NCBI GenBank assembly: GCA_902801825.1
Contig: CADCJS010000003.1
Coordinates: 1-52,762 of the forward strand
From: an uncultured Erysipelotrichaceae bacterium
Lineage (GTDB): Bacteria > Bacillota_I > Bacilli_A > RF39 > UBA660
DNA: 52,762 nucleotides
Direction of reading: 5' to 3'
Shown: in pieces, positions 27,469-37,345 of the stretch
Layout of the letters: each line of letters starts with the position of its first letter
Position numbering within the stretch: position 1 is the stretch's first letter
Program-made: the position numbers and the translations under genes
The notes under the pieces: model-generated
What the model saw: the letters and a program-made list of their open reading frames with translations, nothing else
Databases searched by the model: none
Told to the model about the DNA's origin: nothing

Positions 27469-27536
27469 ATTAAACGATATGTCAATAGGATTATATAGCG
27501 AATACCAATGTATCCGCTATATAATATCCAAAATAA

Positions 27537-27848
27537 TTAAAGAGTTTTAACTAAATCATTTGATTCTTCTTGTTCTTTTATTTTAATTAATTCTCTTCTT
27601 AATGTAAGCAATGCTGATCTCTTTAATGCATAGTATGGAGCAGTCCAATAATCTTCCCAAGAATCTTCGATACTAACATTACATTGACGTTTAAGATCTG
27701 CTATTTCACTTTGACATCTTTCAATAGTTTTTAGAGCAAATTCTTTATCTTGAGGATAAGGATAATTATTAAACTTATCAATATGCTCTCTTATTGCTCT
27801 TCTATGACCTTCTATTCTAGACATTGCTTGACTTCTAGTTAATGACAT
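27537..27848 (-). CDS. Hypothetical 103-aa helical, Arg-rich protein
   Basis: Strong SD AAAGGAGG and its own promoter. No motif recognised. G+C looks slightly higher than in neighbouring genes (hand count about 30 percent). Confidence 0.6.
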   Translation of the reverse strand: MSLTRSQAMSRIEGHRRAIREHIDKFNNYPYPQDKEFALKTIERCQSEIADLKRQCNVSIEDSWEDYWTAPYYALKRSALLTLRRELIKIKEQEESNDLVKTL

Positions 27849-27876
27849 ACCAAAGCCTCCTTTCTTGGATTATTTA

Positions 27877-27904
27877 TTATAAACAAAAAAAGAAAAATGT
27901 CAAT
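27877..27904 (-). promoter_or_regulatory. Sigma-A promoter for the 103-aa ORF operon
   Basis: On the minus strand: TTGACA, 16-nt spacer, TATAAT. Confidence 0.55.
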
Positions 27905-27986
27905 CAAGACTTTCAAAACATAAAAAGAATGTATAATGAATTTTGCGATTGTAAGGAGTAAAAATTCAGAGCTGGCTAGGACAAAT

Positions 27987-28015
27987 ATAAAAAAACTAAC
28001 TATTTCTAGTTAGTT
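27987..28015 (-). terminator. Intrinsic terminator downstream of tRNA-Leu(CAA)
   Basis: 9-bp stem AACTAACTA/TAGTTAGTT followed by a T-run on the minus strand. Confidence 0.65.
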
Positions 28016-28055
28016 CGTTTATTACTACTCGAAAAGTTCGAGTTTCCTATCAATA

Positions 28056-28142
28056 TGGTGCTCGTGAAGGGACTTGAACCCATATGATATTGCTATCAAT
28101 AGATTTTGAGTCTACCGCGTCTACCAATTTCGCCACACGAGC
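28056..28142 (-). tRNA. tRNA-Leu (CAA), long variable arm, CCA encoded
   Basis: Reverse complement GCTCGTG...CTCAAAA anticodon loop...GGTTCAAGTCCC...CACGAGCACCA. Length 87 nt. Confidence 0.88.
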
Positions 28143-28217
28143 AACTAAGAAAATTATAACATAATTAAAATAGTTTTTGAATATAAAAATAATTTTTATG
28201 TTATAATTTATTTGGAT

Positions 28218-28292
28218 TGCCCTATGGCCAAGCGGTAAGGCTCCGGACTCTGACTCCGGCACGCGTAGGTTCGAATCCTACTAGGGCAACCA
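28218..28292 (+). tRNA. tRNA-Gln (CTG), CCA encoded
   Basis: U1-A72 acceptor TGCCCTA/TAGGGCA. Anticodon stem CCGGA/TCCGG with loop CTCTGAC. T-arm GTAGGTTCGAATCCTAC. Length 75 nt. Confidence 0.88.
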
Positions 28293-28334
28293 AAATATAT
28301 TGTTTTATTATAAAAAATATGTTAAAATAATTTT

Positions 28335-28556
28335 ATTGAAAAGCGTTATTATTAGGAAATAGTAATATAATTAGTATTTTATAGAGAGTTAACGTTTGGT
28401 GTAAGTTAATAAATATATTATATGAATTCACCCTAAGAAGCTTTATTTAATAAATAACGTTTGATTCGCGTTAAGAATTAAAAGATGCATAGATAAGTCT
28501 ATGAAATAAGGTGGTACCGCGGTATAATTCGTCCTTATATTCATAGACTTTTTTTC
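28335..28556 (+). promoter_or_regulatory. T-box riboswitch leader, phenylalanine specifier UUC (approximate bounds)
   Basis: AGAGAG/GGTGTAA elements. GAA-TTC-A at 28424-28430. T-box AAATAAGGTGGTACCGCGG at 28505-28523. Terminator AGTCTATGAA...TTCATAGACT plus T-run. Confidence 0.88.
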
Positions 28557-28575
28557 TTTTATAAGGAGGAAAATA

Positions 28576-29622
28576 ATGAAAGAAAAGATAAAAAGTTTAA
28601 AAAATGAAATAGAATTAGAATTAAATTCTGTAAAAAATCTAAAAGATCTAAATGAAATTAAAAACAAATATTTATCAAAAAAAGGACCAGTATCTGAACT
28701 TAGTAATGGTTTAAGAGATTTATCTATTGATGATAAAAAAGTATATGGTAAATTAATAACAGATTTTAAAAATGATATTAATAATCAGTTTAATATATTA
28801 AAAGATAAATTTGAAACAGAAGAACTAAATAAAAAATTAGAAAATGAAAAAATTGATATTTCAATGCCTGGAGTTAATATTGGAACTGGTTCTCCATCAT
28901 TTGTAGAAAAAGTAATAGATGATGCATCAGATTTCTTTATTAGTTTAGGTTATGATATATATGAAGGACCAGAGATAGAATTAGATAAATATAACTTTGA
29001 AATGCTTAATTTACCAAAAGATCATCCTGCAAGAGATGCTCAAGATACATATTATTTAAAAGATGAAGATTTACTTTTAAGAAGTCAAACATCACCAGTT
29101 CAAGTAAGAGTAATGCTTAATGGTAAAGGTGAAACTCCGATTAGAATGATATGTCCTGGTAAAGTTTATAGAAGAGAAGATATAGATGCAACTCATGAAC
29201 AAGAATTTACACAAATAGAAGGTTTAGTTATTGATAAGAATATTTCTTTAAGCGATTTAAAAGGTACTTTTGATGCTTTTGTTAAACACACTTTTGGAGA
29301 AAATACAGAAGCTAGATTTAGACCTAGTTATTATCCATTTACAGAACCATCAGTTGAAATGGATATGAGCTGTATATATTGTGATGGTTCTGGATGTTCT
29401 ATGTGTAAACCAAAAGGATGGATAACTATTTCTGGTGGTGGTATGGTTCATCCAAATGTACTTAGAATGTGTGGATATGATCCAGATAAATGGCAAGGAT
29501 TTGCATTTGGTATGGCAGCAGAAAGAATTGCTATGCTTAAATATAATATGCCTGATATGCGTTCAATGCATGAAAATGATTTAAGAGAAACAATTAATTT
29601 TGATAGAAAAGAGGTGAAGTAA
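28576..29622 (+). CDS. pheS: Phenylalanyl-tRNA synthetase alpha subunit
   Basis: Class II motifs (HPARDAQDT, FRPSYYPFTEPS, GFAFGMAAERIAM). Confidence 0.93.
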   Translation: MKEKIKSLKNEIELELNSVKNLKDLNEIKNKYLSKKGPVSELSNGLRDLSIDDKKVYGKLITDFKNDINNQFNILKDKFETEELNKKLENEKIDISMPGVNIGTGSPSFVEKVIDDASDFFISLGYDIYEGPEIELDKYNFEMLNLPKDHPARDAQDTYYLKDEDLLLRSQTSPVQVRVMLNGKGETPIRMICPGKVYRREDIDATHEQEFTQIEGLVIDKNISLSDLKGTFDAFVKHTFGENTEARFRPSYYPFTEPSVEMDMSCIYCDGSGCSMCKPKGWITISGGGMVHPNVLRMCGYDPDKWQGFAFGMAAERIAMLKYNMPDMRSMHENDLRETINFDRKEVK

Positions 29623-29623
29623 C

Positions 29624-31990
29624 ATGATAAGTATGAACTGGGTTAAAGATTATATAAATATTCAAGATGAGAATCTAGAAGAATTAGCAGATAAAGTTAC
29701 TAAAGCTGGAATAAATGTTGAACATGTTATTAAAACTGGTATTGATAATGTAGTTATTGGTGAAGTTAAAACATGCACTAATCATCCTAATTCAGATCAT
29801 TTACATATATGTACTGTAGATGTTGGAACTGATACTAGACAAATAGTATGTGGTGCACCTAATGTTAAAGAAGGTCTAAAAGTTATAGTTGCTTTACCTG
29901 GAGCTAAACTTCCTAATATGGAAATTAAAAAAGGTTCTATCAGAGGAGAAGAATCTTTAGGAATGATATGTGCTTTATGTGAATTAGGTTTAGAAGAAGA
30001 AACACCCGAAAATTATAATAAAGGTATTTATGAATTACCTAATGATGCACCAGTTGGTAAAGATGCATTTGAATATTTAGGATTATCTGATATTCTATAT
30101 GATTTAGATGTACATAAACATAAGAATAATGATGCAAGATATCATATAGGTTTTGCTTATGAAATAGGAACTATTCTAGGTAAAAAAGTTAAATTACCAG
30201 AAGCTAATTATACTGAAATAAAAGATAATATTAAAGATCATTTTTCTCTAAAAGTAGATACAGAAAATTGTACTTATTATAAAGCAAAAATGGTTACAGA
30301 TTTAGTAATTGGTGAATCACCAGATTTTATTAAAAATAGACTTATTTCTGCAGGTATGAGACCAATTAATAATATAGTAGATATTTCTAATTATGTAATG
30401 CTTGAATATGGTCAACCATTACACTTCTTTGATAAAGATAAATTAGGAGATAAAATAGTTGTTAGACAAGCTAAAGATAATGAAGTAGTAACTACATTAG
30501 ATGAACAAGATAGAAAACTAACAAAAGAAGATATAGTAATTACAGATGGTTCTAAGGTAGTAGCTATTGGAGGAGTTATGGGTGCACTTAATACTGATGT
30601 AGATGATAATACTAAAACAGTATTAATAGAAAGTGCTATATTTAATGCTACTAATATTAGAAAAACAGCTAGAAGATTAAATCTAAGAAGTGAAGCATCT
30701 CTTCGTTATGAAAAAGGTCTTAATTTTGAATATACTGATGCAGCACTTGATAGAGCATGCTTTTTACTTCAAAAATATGCATCTGGTAAAGTTTTAAGTG
30801 GAAAAGTAGAATATGACAATGAGGATAAAAAAGTTAAAAAAGTAGAATTTACTACTGATAGAATTAATTCATTATTAGGAATAGAATTAACTGATAAAGA
30901 TATAGAAACAGAACTTAATAAATTAGATTTTGAATATGAAATAAAAGATAATAAATTTATCGCTACTATACCTAGAAGAAGATTAGATATAGAAGATAAT
31001 GTTAATGATATAGCTGAAGAAATAGGTAGATTATATGGATATCATAATTTAAAAAATACAATGCCTGTTCTTCCTACTAAAGAAGGAAAACTTGAACATT
31101 CATTTGGATTTAAGAAAAATGTTAGTAAGAGAATGAGAAGTCTAGGCTTAAATGAAACTAGAACTTATTCGTTAGTAGATAAAAATACTTCAGATATGTT
31201 TTATAAAGATAGAAATCTAGTAATTATACCTAATCCAATGAGCACTGATAGAAGTGCTTTAAGAAAGACTATGATTCCATCTATGCTTGATGTAATTAAA
31301 TATAATAAATCAAGAGGATTAAAAGACATTAATATATATGAAACTAGCAAAGTATTCTATGGAGATTTTAAAGAAGAAAATCATTTAGCAGTTGCATTAT
31401 ATGGAAACTATATTTCTAATTTATGGCAAGGTAAAATAGTTAAGAATGATTTCTATGTTCTTAAAGGTATTATTATTAATTTACTTAATTACTTAGGATT
31501 AAAAAATAGATATAGTTTTGTTGAATCAACTGAAGTTAATTTACACCCTGGAGTAAGTGCAGATATATATTTAGATAGAAAGAAAGTTGGTTTCTTTGGT
31601 AGAATTCATCCAAAAGTTAATAAAGATGAAATATATGTCTTAGAAGTATGTATAGATGATCTTGATATTAATACTAAACCACTTAAATTTAAAGCAGCTT
31701 CTAAACTACCTAATATTAAAAAAGATATTGCATTTGTTATGCCAATTTCTATGAAGAATGAAGATGTTATTAAAGTTATTAAACATTCAGGTGGTAGATT
31801 ATTAACTGATATTCAAGTATTTGATTTATATGTAGGTGAAAATATAGGACTTGAGAATAAATCTATCGCTTATACTTTAACATTTGAAGATAATAATAGA
31901 ACTCTTACAGATGAAGAAGTAATGACTATATTTAATAATATCATTAAAGAAGTAGAAACAAAATTAAATATAAAACTAAGAAGTATGTAA
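29624..31990 (+). CDS. pheT: Phenylalanyl-tRNA synthetase beta subunit
   Basis: NWVKDYI N-terminus, tRNA-binding domain, B3/4, B5 and FDX-ACB domains. Immediately follows pheS. Confidence 0.93.
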   Translation: MISMNWVKDYINIQDENLEELADKVTKAGINVEHVIKTGIDNVVIGEVKTCTNHPNSDHLHICTVDVGTDTRQIVCGAPNVKEGLKVIVALPGAKLPNMEIKKGSIRGEESLGMICALCELGLEEETPENYNKGIYELPNDAPVGKDAFEYLGLSDILYDLDVHKHKNNDARYHIGFAYEIGTILGKKVKLPEANYTEIKDNIKDHFSLKVDTENCTYYKAKMVTDLVIGESPDFIKNRLISAGMRPINNIVDISNYVMLEYGQPLHFFDKDKLGDKIVVRQAKDNEVVTTLDEQDRKLTKEDIVITDGSKVVAIGGVMGALNTDVDDNTKTVLIESAIFNATNIRKTARRLNLRSEASLRYEKGLNFEYTDAALDRACFLLQKYASGKVLSGKVEYDNEDKKVKKVEFTTDRINSLLGIELTDKDIETELNKLDFEYEIKDNKFIATIPRRRLDIEDNVNDIAEEIGRLYGYHNLKNTMPVLPTKEGKLEHSFGFKKNVSKRMRSLGLNETRTYSLVDKNTSDMFYKDRNLVIIPNPMSTDRSALRKTMIPSMLDVIKYNKSRGLKDINIYETSKVFYGDFKEENHLAVALYGNYISNLWQGKIVKNDFYVLKGIIINLLNYLGLKNRYSFVESTEVNLHPGVSADIYLDRKKVGFFGRIHPKVNKDEIYVLEVCIDDLDINTKPLKFKAASKLPNIKKDIAFVMPISMKNEDVIKVIKHSGGRLLTDIQVFDLYVGENIGLENKSIAYTLTFEDNNRTLTDEEVMTIFNNIIKEVETKLNIKLRSM

Positions 31991-32006
31991 AATACTTCTT
32001 TTTTTT
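31979..32006 (+). terminator. Intrinsic terminator after pheT
   Basis: 8-bp stem AGAAGTAT/ATACTTCT plus T-run, running into TGGTATAAT at 32006-32014. Confidence 0.7.
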
Positions 32007-32030
32007 GGTATAATTAATATGGTGATAAGA

Positions 32031-34598
32031 ATGGAAAAAGTAGTTTTAGTTGATGGCAACAATTTATTATTTAGAAGTTATTATGCTACTGCATATTCTG
32101 GTAATTTAATGAGAAATAGTAAAGGATTTCCAACAAATGGTTTATATGGTCTTGTTAATATGCTTAATAAGATTATTAAAGAAGAAAATCCTAAATATAT
32201 GTTAGTCGCATTTGATAAAGGAAAAACATTTAGACATGATAAGTATAAAGAATATAAAGATGGAAGAATTAAAACTCCAGAAGATTTACTTATGCAGTTT
32301 AAAGTGGCAAAAGAATTAGTACCTTTAATGGGTATTAAATGCTTTGAAATAGATAATTATGAAGCTGATGATATTATAGGTACTTATAGTAAAATAATAA
32401 GTAATGATGATAAATATGAAGGTTTAATTGTAAGTAGTGATAAAGATTTACTTCAACTTATTAATTTTAATATAAATGTAAAATTATTAAAGAGTAAAGA
32501 TTATATAATGATGGATGAAAATACTTTTAAAGAAACATATGGTATTGATCCAATTAAAATGATTGATTTAAAAGGACTTATGGGTGATTCATCAGATAAT
32601 ATTCCGGGTGTTAAAGGGATAGGAGAAAAAACAGCATTAAAATTATTACAAAAATATGATAGTGTAGAAGGAGTATATGAAAATATAGAAGATATAACTG
32701 GATCAACTAAGCAAAAGTTAATAGATGGTAAAGAATCTGCTTATATGAGTAAAGATATTGCCACTATATATAAAGATGTTCCAGTAACATATAAATTAGA
32801 AGATTTAAAATATATTGGAAAACAAGCTGGATTAAATGAAAAATATGAAGAATTAGAATTTTATAGTTTCTTAAAAAATGAAAAGAAAGTAGAAATCAAA
32901 AATAATATAAAACCAAGAATTTTAGATAGTTTAGATAATGTAAAATTTAAGGATAAAATAAGTGTATTTATTGAGGTGGATAATTCTAACTATCATAAAG
33001 GTGAAATATTAGGTGCGGGTATTTATGATGGTGAAAACGGATATTATATTAAGAAAGATTTAATTAAAGAGTTAAAATTAGATGGTTATGAAAAATATAC
33101 ATATGATGTTAAAAAGAATATAGTATCATTAAATAAATTAGGTATTAATTTTGATAATTGTACTTTTGATTTAATGATTGCTTCTTATATATTAAATTAT
33201 AATGTTAAAGATGATATTTCATATTTAGCAAGTGAATTAGATTATACTTTTACTCCTTATGATTTATTATTAAAAGATAAAGAAATAGATAAAAAATTAG
33301 AAACCGAATTAGTACAAAAAGCTAAATTTATATATGAAGTTAAAGATAAATTGATTGATGAAATGAAAGAAGAAAAATCATATGATTTATTTAAAGACAT
33401 TGAAATGAAACTTGCTTATGTTCTTTCATCAATGGAAATAGAAGGAATAAGAGTTAATGAAAAAGAATTAGATAAAATGTCTATTAAATTTAAAGAAAAA
33501 ATAGATAATTTAACAAAAGAAATATATGAATTATCTAATGTAGAATTTAATATTCAATCACCAAAACAATTATCAGATATTTTATTTAATAAATTACTTA
33601 TTCCTTATCCTAAAAAGAACCCTAAATCATATTCTACATCTAGAGAAATATTAGATAAAATAAAGGATATACATCCAATAGTTAATAAAATAATAGATTA
33701 TAGAACAATAACAAAATTATATAATACTTATATTATAGGTATAAAAAATGAAATAAAAGAAGATTCTAAATTACATACTATATATATGCAAACTTTAACT
33801 AGAACAGGTAGATTATCTTCAATAGAACCAAATTTACAAAATATTCCTATAAGATATGAAGAAGGTAAATTAATAAGAAAAGCGTTTGTACCTGAAGATA
33901 ATTGTGTTTTAATATCATCTGATTATTCTCAAATAGAACTTAGAATATTTGCACACATGTCAAATGAAGAAAAAATGATAGAAGCATTTAATGAAAAAAA
34001 TACAGATATTCATACTAAAACTGCTATGGAAATATTTAATGTTAAAAGAGAAGATGTTACTAAAAATATGAGAAGAGAAGCAAAGGCAGTTAATTTTGGA
34101 ATCTTATATGGTATAAGTGCATTTGGTTTATCTGAAGACATTAATATAAGTGTAAAACAGGCAAAAGAATTTATGGATAGTTATTTTGAAGCATTTCCTA
34201 GAATAAAAGAGTATCAAAAAAAGGTAGTAGAAGATGCATATAAAAATGGTTATGTTTTAACATTAATGAATAGAAAAAGAAAAATAGAAGAATTAAATAA
34301 TACTAATTATATTATAAGAAATCAAGGTGAAAGGATAGCTGAAAATACACCTGTACAAGGAAGTGCTGCTGATATTTTAAAAAAAGCTATGATTGATATT
34401 TATGATGAATTTAAAAAGAAGAATATTAAATCAAAAATGATTATGCAAATACACGATGAACTGGTATTTAATGTTTTAGAAGAGGAAAAAGACAACGTAA
34501 AACAGATTATAAGAGATAAAATGGAGAACGTATATAAACTTAATGTTCCTTTAATTGTAGATATAGAAGAAGGTAAAAATTGGTATGATGCAAAATAA
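32031..34598 (+). CDS. polA: DNA polymerase I
   Basis: 5'-nuclease N-terminus VLVDGNNLLFRSYYA. Pol motifs DYSQIELR, RREAKAVNFGILYG and QIHDELV. ATG 32031 follows SD GGTGAT; ATG 32019 is an alternative start. Confidence 0.92.
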   Translation: MEKVVLVDGNNLLFRSYYATAYSGNLMRNSKGFPTNGLYGLVNMLNKIIKEENPKYMLVAFDKGKTFRHDKYKEYKDGRIKTPEDLLMQFKVAKELVPLMGIKCFEIDNYEADDIIGTYSKIISNDDKYEGLIVSSDKDLLQLINFNINVKLLKSKDYIMMDENTFKETYGIDPIKMIDLKGLMGDSSDNIPGVKGIGEKTALKLLQKYDSVEGVYENIEDITGSTKQKLIDGKESAYMSKDIATIYKDVPVTYKLEDLKYIGKQAGLNEKYEELEFYSFLKNEKKVEIKNNIKPRILDSLDNVKFKDKISVFIEVDNSNYHKGEILGAGIYDGENGYYIKKDLIKELKLDGYEKYTYDVKKNIVSLNKLGINFDNCTFDLMIASYILNYNVKDDISYLASELDYTFTPYDLLLKDKEIDKKLETELVQKAKFIYEVKDKLIDEMKEEKSYDLFKDIEMKLAYVLSSMEIEGIRVNEKELDKMSIKFKEKIDNLTKEIYELSNVEFNIQSPKQLSDILFNKLLIPYPKKNPKSYSTSREILDKIKDIHPIVNKIIDYRTITKLYNTYIIGIKNEIKEDSKLHTIYMQTLTRTGRLSSIEPNLQNIPIRYEEGKLIRKAFVPEDNCVLISSDYSQIELRIFAHMSNEEKMIEAFNEKNTDIHTKTAMEIFNVKREDVTKNMRREAKAVNFGILYGISAFGLSEDINISVKQAKEFMDSYFEAFPRIKEYQKKVVEDAYKNGYVLTLMNRKRKIEELNNTNYIIRNQGERIAENTPVQGSAADILKKAMIDIYDEFKKKNIKSKMIMQIHDELVFNVLEEEKDNVKQIIRDKMENVYKLNVPLIVDIEEGKNWYDAK

Positions 34599-34693
34599 TG
34601 TAAAAATGTAGTAAATATTATATATTTATTGAAATTTTATTTAAAAATAATGGTATAATTTTATTATAGAAGGAATATAATTCAATAAATATA

Positions 34694-34722
34694 TTGACTT
34701 TACATTGATTTTGTGCTAAAAT
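34694..34722 (+). promoter_or_regulatory. Sigma-A promoter upstream of the 139-aa ORF
   Basis: TTGACT at 34694-34699, 17-nt spacer, TAAAAT preceded by TGc. Confidence 0.5.
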
Positions 34723-34765
34723 TTTTGTCACACAAATGTAAATAATATAGATTGGAGGGATAATT

Positions 34766-35185
34766 ATGAGAGATGTATATATTTTTGAATATTTAAATGA
34801 AATAGAATTTAAAAAATGTGAACGTTCAGTTAAAAAGTATAATATGTTTGCGTTTAAAAAATTAATCTTTGATTTTTATCCTGAAATGAAAGAAGGAAAT
34901 TTTTTAGGAAAAATCGTAAATGAAGATAAAGAAAAAAATGTAGTTTCTTATGAACTTATTTTACCTACTGATGATTTATTTGTTAAGGTTCATGGAGAAA
35001 TAACTCTTCATTATGATGTATATAAAAACAAAAATATAATTTTATTAAAGAAAATAACACCAGTGGATTTATTAATTGAAGGTCATAATAAAGAATTAAG
35101 TGCATACAAGGGTGTTATGATTAGTAAAGAAAATGAAGAAAAAGATAAATTTAAAGTAAATTTATTAAATATGTTAAAAAAATAA
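34766..35185 (+). CDS. Hypothetical 139-aa cytoplasmic protein
   Basis: SD GGAGGG. No motif recognised. Confidence 0.55.
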   Translation: MRDVYIFEYLNEIEFKKCERSVKKYNMFAFKKLIFDFYPEMKEGNFLGKIVNEDKEKNVVSYELILPTDDLFVKVHGEITLHYDVYKNKNIILLKKITPVDLLIEGHNKELSAYKGVMISKENEEKDKFKVNLLNMLKK

Positions 35186-35205
35186 GATTTAAATCTTATT
35201 TTTTT
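35182..35205 (+). terminator. Intrinsic terminator after the 139-aa ORF
   Basis: Palindrome ATAAGATTTAAATCTTAT plus T-run. TGTTATAAT follows at 35207-35215. Confidence 0.6.
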
Positions 35206-35236
35206 ATGTTATAATTAATATAAAGAGGGATGAAAT

Positions 35237-36337
35237 ATGGATTTTATAAGAAACAATATTTTAAAAATAGTAGGAGTTTTTGTTATTTTATTAGTATTAA
35301 TATTTGTTGTTAAGAGTTGTTCTGGAAGGGGTACAACTGAAAAGGCTACAGGTTATACAGCAATGGAAAATCAATTACAAAATGCTGCAATTAAATATGC
35401 AAAAAGAAATATGAGTGTTTTGCCTAAAACAACTGAAAATGTATCAAAAATTCAAATGTCAACTATTTATGGTGAAAAGAGAATGCAAAAAATTACAGCT
35501 ATTGAAGACAAGAATACTTTATGTCAAGGCTATGTAAATATTTATAAGAATAATACCTCAGGTTATAAATTTGTACCTTATATAAAATGTGGTAAATATT
35601 ATCACACTAAGTCCTTAGTTGAACAAATATTAAATACTCAAGAAATAGTTACTAAAGATGATGGATTATATAAAGATGGCGATGACTATTTATATAGAGG
35701 AGAATATCCTAATAATTATTTAAAAATTGGTGATAGATTATATAGAATTATGAATATTACTTCTGATAATTATTTAAGAGTTGTATCTAATGACTATATT
35801 ATTGATTCTTCGGTATGGGATGATAGATTTAATACAGAAGTACAAAAAGAATATGGTATAAATAATTTTATGAAGAGTAGATTAAAAAAATCTTTAGAAG
35901 ATTTATTTGAAAAAGAAAATGAATTTATTTCTGATACTGAAAAAAATGTAATTGCAAAACATGATTATTGTATTGGAAAAAGAAGTATCGAAGATGTAAT
36001 TGTTGAAAAGAATCATGAATGTGATGAAGTTACAGAAATGTATATAGCTGTTCCAAATGTTGAAGATTACTTTAGAGCAAGTATTTCTAGTGAATGTAAT
36101 GATATTAACAAAAATGAATGTAATAATTATAATTACTTTCAAACTATGAAATTTAAAACACATACTTTAAATTCAGTTAAGAATAATACTTATGCTGTTT
36201 ATAATGTATCAAGAAATGGTCTTGATATTAAAAAAGCAAATAATTATTCTTTTATAAATATTGTATTTTATGTTAATAATAATGTTATATATAAATCTGG
36301 TGATGGATCTTTAGAAAATCCATATGTTATAAGATAA
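35237..36337 (+). CDS. N-terminally membrane-anchored extracytoplasmic protein, unknown function
   Basis: Single TM segment (ILKIVGVFVILLVLIFVV). SD AGAGGGA. The N-terminal module resembles that of the 842-aa protein at 40363. Confidence 0.6.
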   Translation: MDFIRNNILKIVGVFVILLVLIFVVKSCSGRGTTEKATGYTAMENQLQNAAIKYAKRNMSVLPKTTENVSKIQMSTIYGEKRMQKITAIEDKNTLCQGYVNIYKNNTSGYKFVPYIKCGKYYHTKSLVEQILNTQEIVTKDDGLYKDGDDYLYRGEYPNNYLKIGDRLYRIMNITSDNYLRVVSNDYIIDSSVWDDRFNTEVQKEYGINNFMKSRLKKSLEDLFEKENEFISDTEKNVIAKHDYCIGKRSIEDVIVEKNHECDEVTEMYIAVPNVEDYFRASISSECNDINKNECNNYNYFQTMKFKTHTLNSVKNNTYAVYNVSRNGLDIKKANNYSFINIVFYVNNNVIYKSGDGSLENPYVIR

Positions 36338-36378
36338 ATAAAAGGGGATAATAATCTCCTTTTTAAGTAGGTGAACGT

Positions 36379-37278
36379 ATGAATAAAGAAATAATAGATT
36401 TTATTAAATATTTAAAAATAATGAAAAATTATTCTGATTATACATGTATAAATTATCAAAAAGATTTAGATAATTATTTAGATTTTATTAATATTAAAAA
36501 ATATGATTATAAAAATATGGATTATAATAAATGTGTAGAGTATCTTATATATTTAAAAGATATTAATTTAAAGAAAACAAGTATATCTAGAAAACTTAGT
36601 AGTGTAAGATCTTTTTATAAATATTTAGTTTTAAATAATATTATTAATAGTAATCCTTTTTTATTAGTTTCTTCTCCTAAAAAAGAAAAAAAGATACCAA
36701 AATTTATTAATTATGATAATATCTCTAAAATATTTGAAGAACCTAATTTAAAAACATCTTTAGGATTACGAGAAAGAGTAATTTTAGAAATATTATATGG
36801 TTCAGGAGTAAGAGTTAGTGAACTTGTTAATATAAAAATCAAAGATATAGATTTTAATGAAAAAAATATTGATATTATAGGTAAAGGAAATAAAGAAAGA
36901 ATTGTTTCTTTTGGTGATTATGCCAAAGATGCGATAAAAGAATATATGAATTCTTCTAGAAAAGATTTGTTAGAAAATATAGATAGTGAATATTTAATTG
37001 TAGGAAAGAAAAAAGAGAAATTAACTACAAGAAGAATAGAACAAATCATTGATGAAATAATTAAAAAAGCTAGTATAAAAATGAATATAACACCTCATGT
37101 TTTTAGACATACATTCGCAACACATTTACTTGATAATGGTTGTGATTTACTCGCAGTAAAAGAATTACTAGGTCATACTTCTTTATCTAGTACAGAAATA
37201 TACACTCATGTTAGTAATGAGCATTTAAGAGAAGTATATAGAAAATGTCATCCTAGAAATATAAATAATGTAAAATAG
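36379..37278 (+). CDS. Tyrosine recombinase, XerC/XerD family
   Basis: C-terminal catalytic region HVFRHTFATHLLDNGCDLLAVKELLGHTSLSSTEIYTHV. SAM-like N-terminal domain. Length 299 aa. Confidence 0.85.
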   Translation: MNKEIIDFIKYLKIMKNYSDYTCINYQKDLDNYLDFINIKKYDYKNMDYNKCVEYLIYLKDINLKKTSISRKLSSVRSFYKYLVLNNIINSNPFLLVSSPKKEKKIPKFINYDNISKIFEEPNLKTSLGLRERVILEILYGSGVRVSELVNIKIKDIDFNEKNIDIIGKGNKERIVSFGDYAKDAIKEYMNSSRKDLLENIDSEYLIVGKKKEKLTTRRIEQIIDEIIKKASIKMNITPHVFRHTFATHLLDNGCDLLAVKELLGHTSLSSTEIYTHVSNEHLREVYRKCHPRNINNVK

Positions 37279-37345
37279 TGTGTTTTTTATAGAAAATACA
37301 CTTTTATTTTGATAAACTTATATTATAAGAATAAGTGAGGTAAAT

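Noticed and set aside
28050-28262. 70-aa minus-strand ORF
   Set aside because: It is made almost entirely of the tRNA-Leu(CAA) and tRNA-Gln(CTG) sequences and their spacer, so it is an artefact.
34699-34742. 8-bp inverted repeat TTTACATT/AATGTAAA spanning the promoter of the 139-aa ORF, as a possible operator
   Set aside because: An 8-bp AT-only palindrome with a 28-nt spacer is expected by chance in DNA this AT-rich.
36379-37278. Tyrosine recombinase as the integrase of a mobile element, or as the partner of the 44-bp repeat
   Set aside because: Its size and motifs fit chromosomal XerC/XerD. No flanking repeats or phage/ICE genes are present, and it lies 33 kb from the repeat. A trans role cannot be excluded, but nothing supports it.
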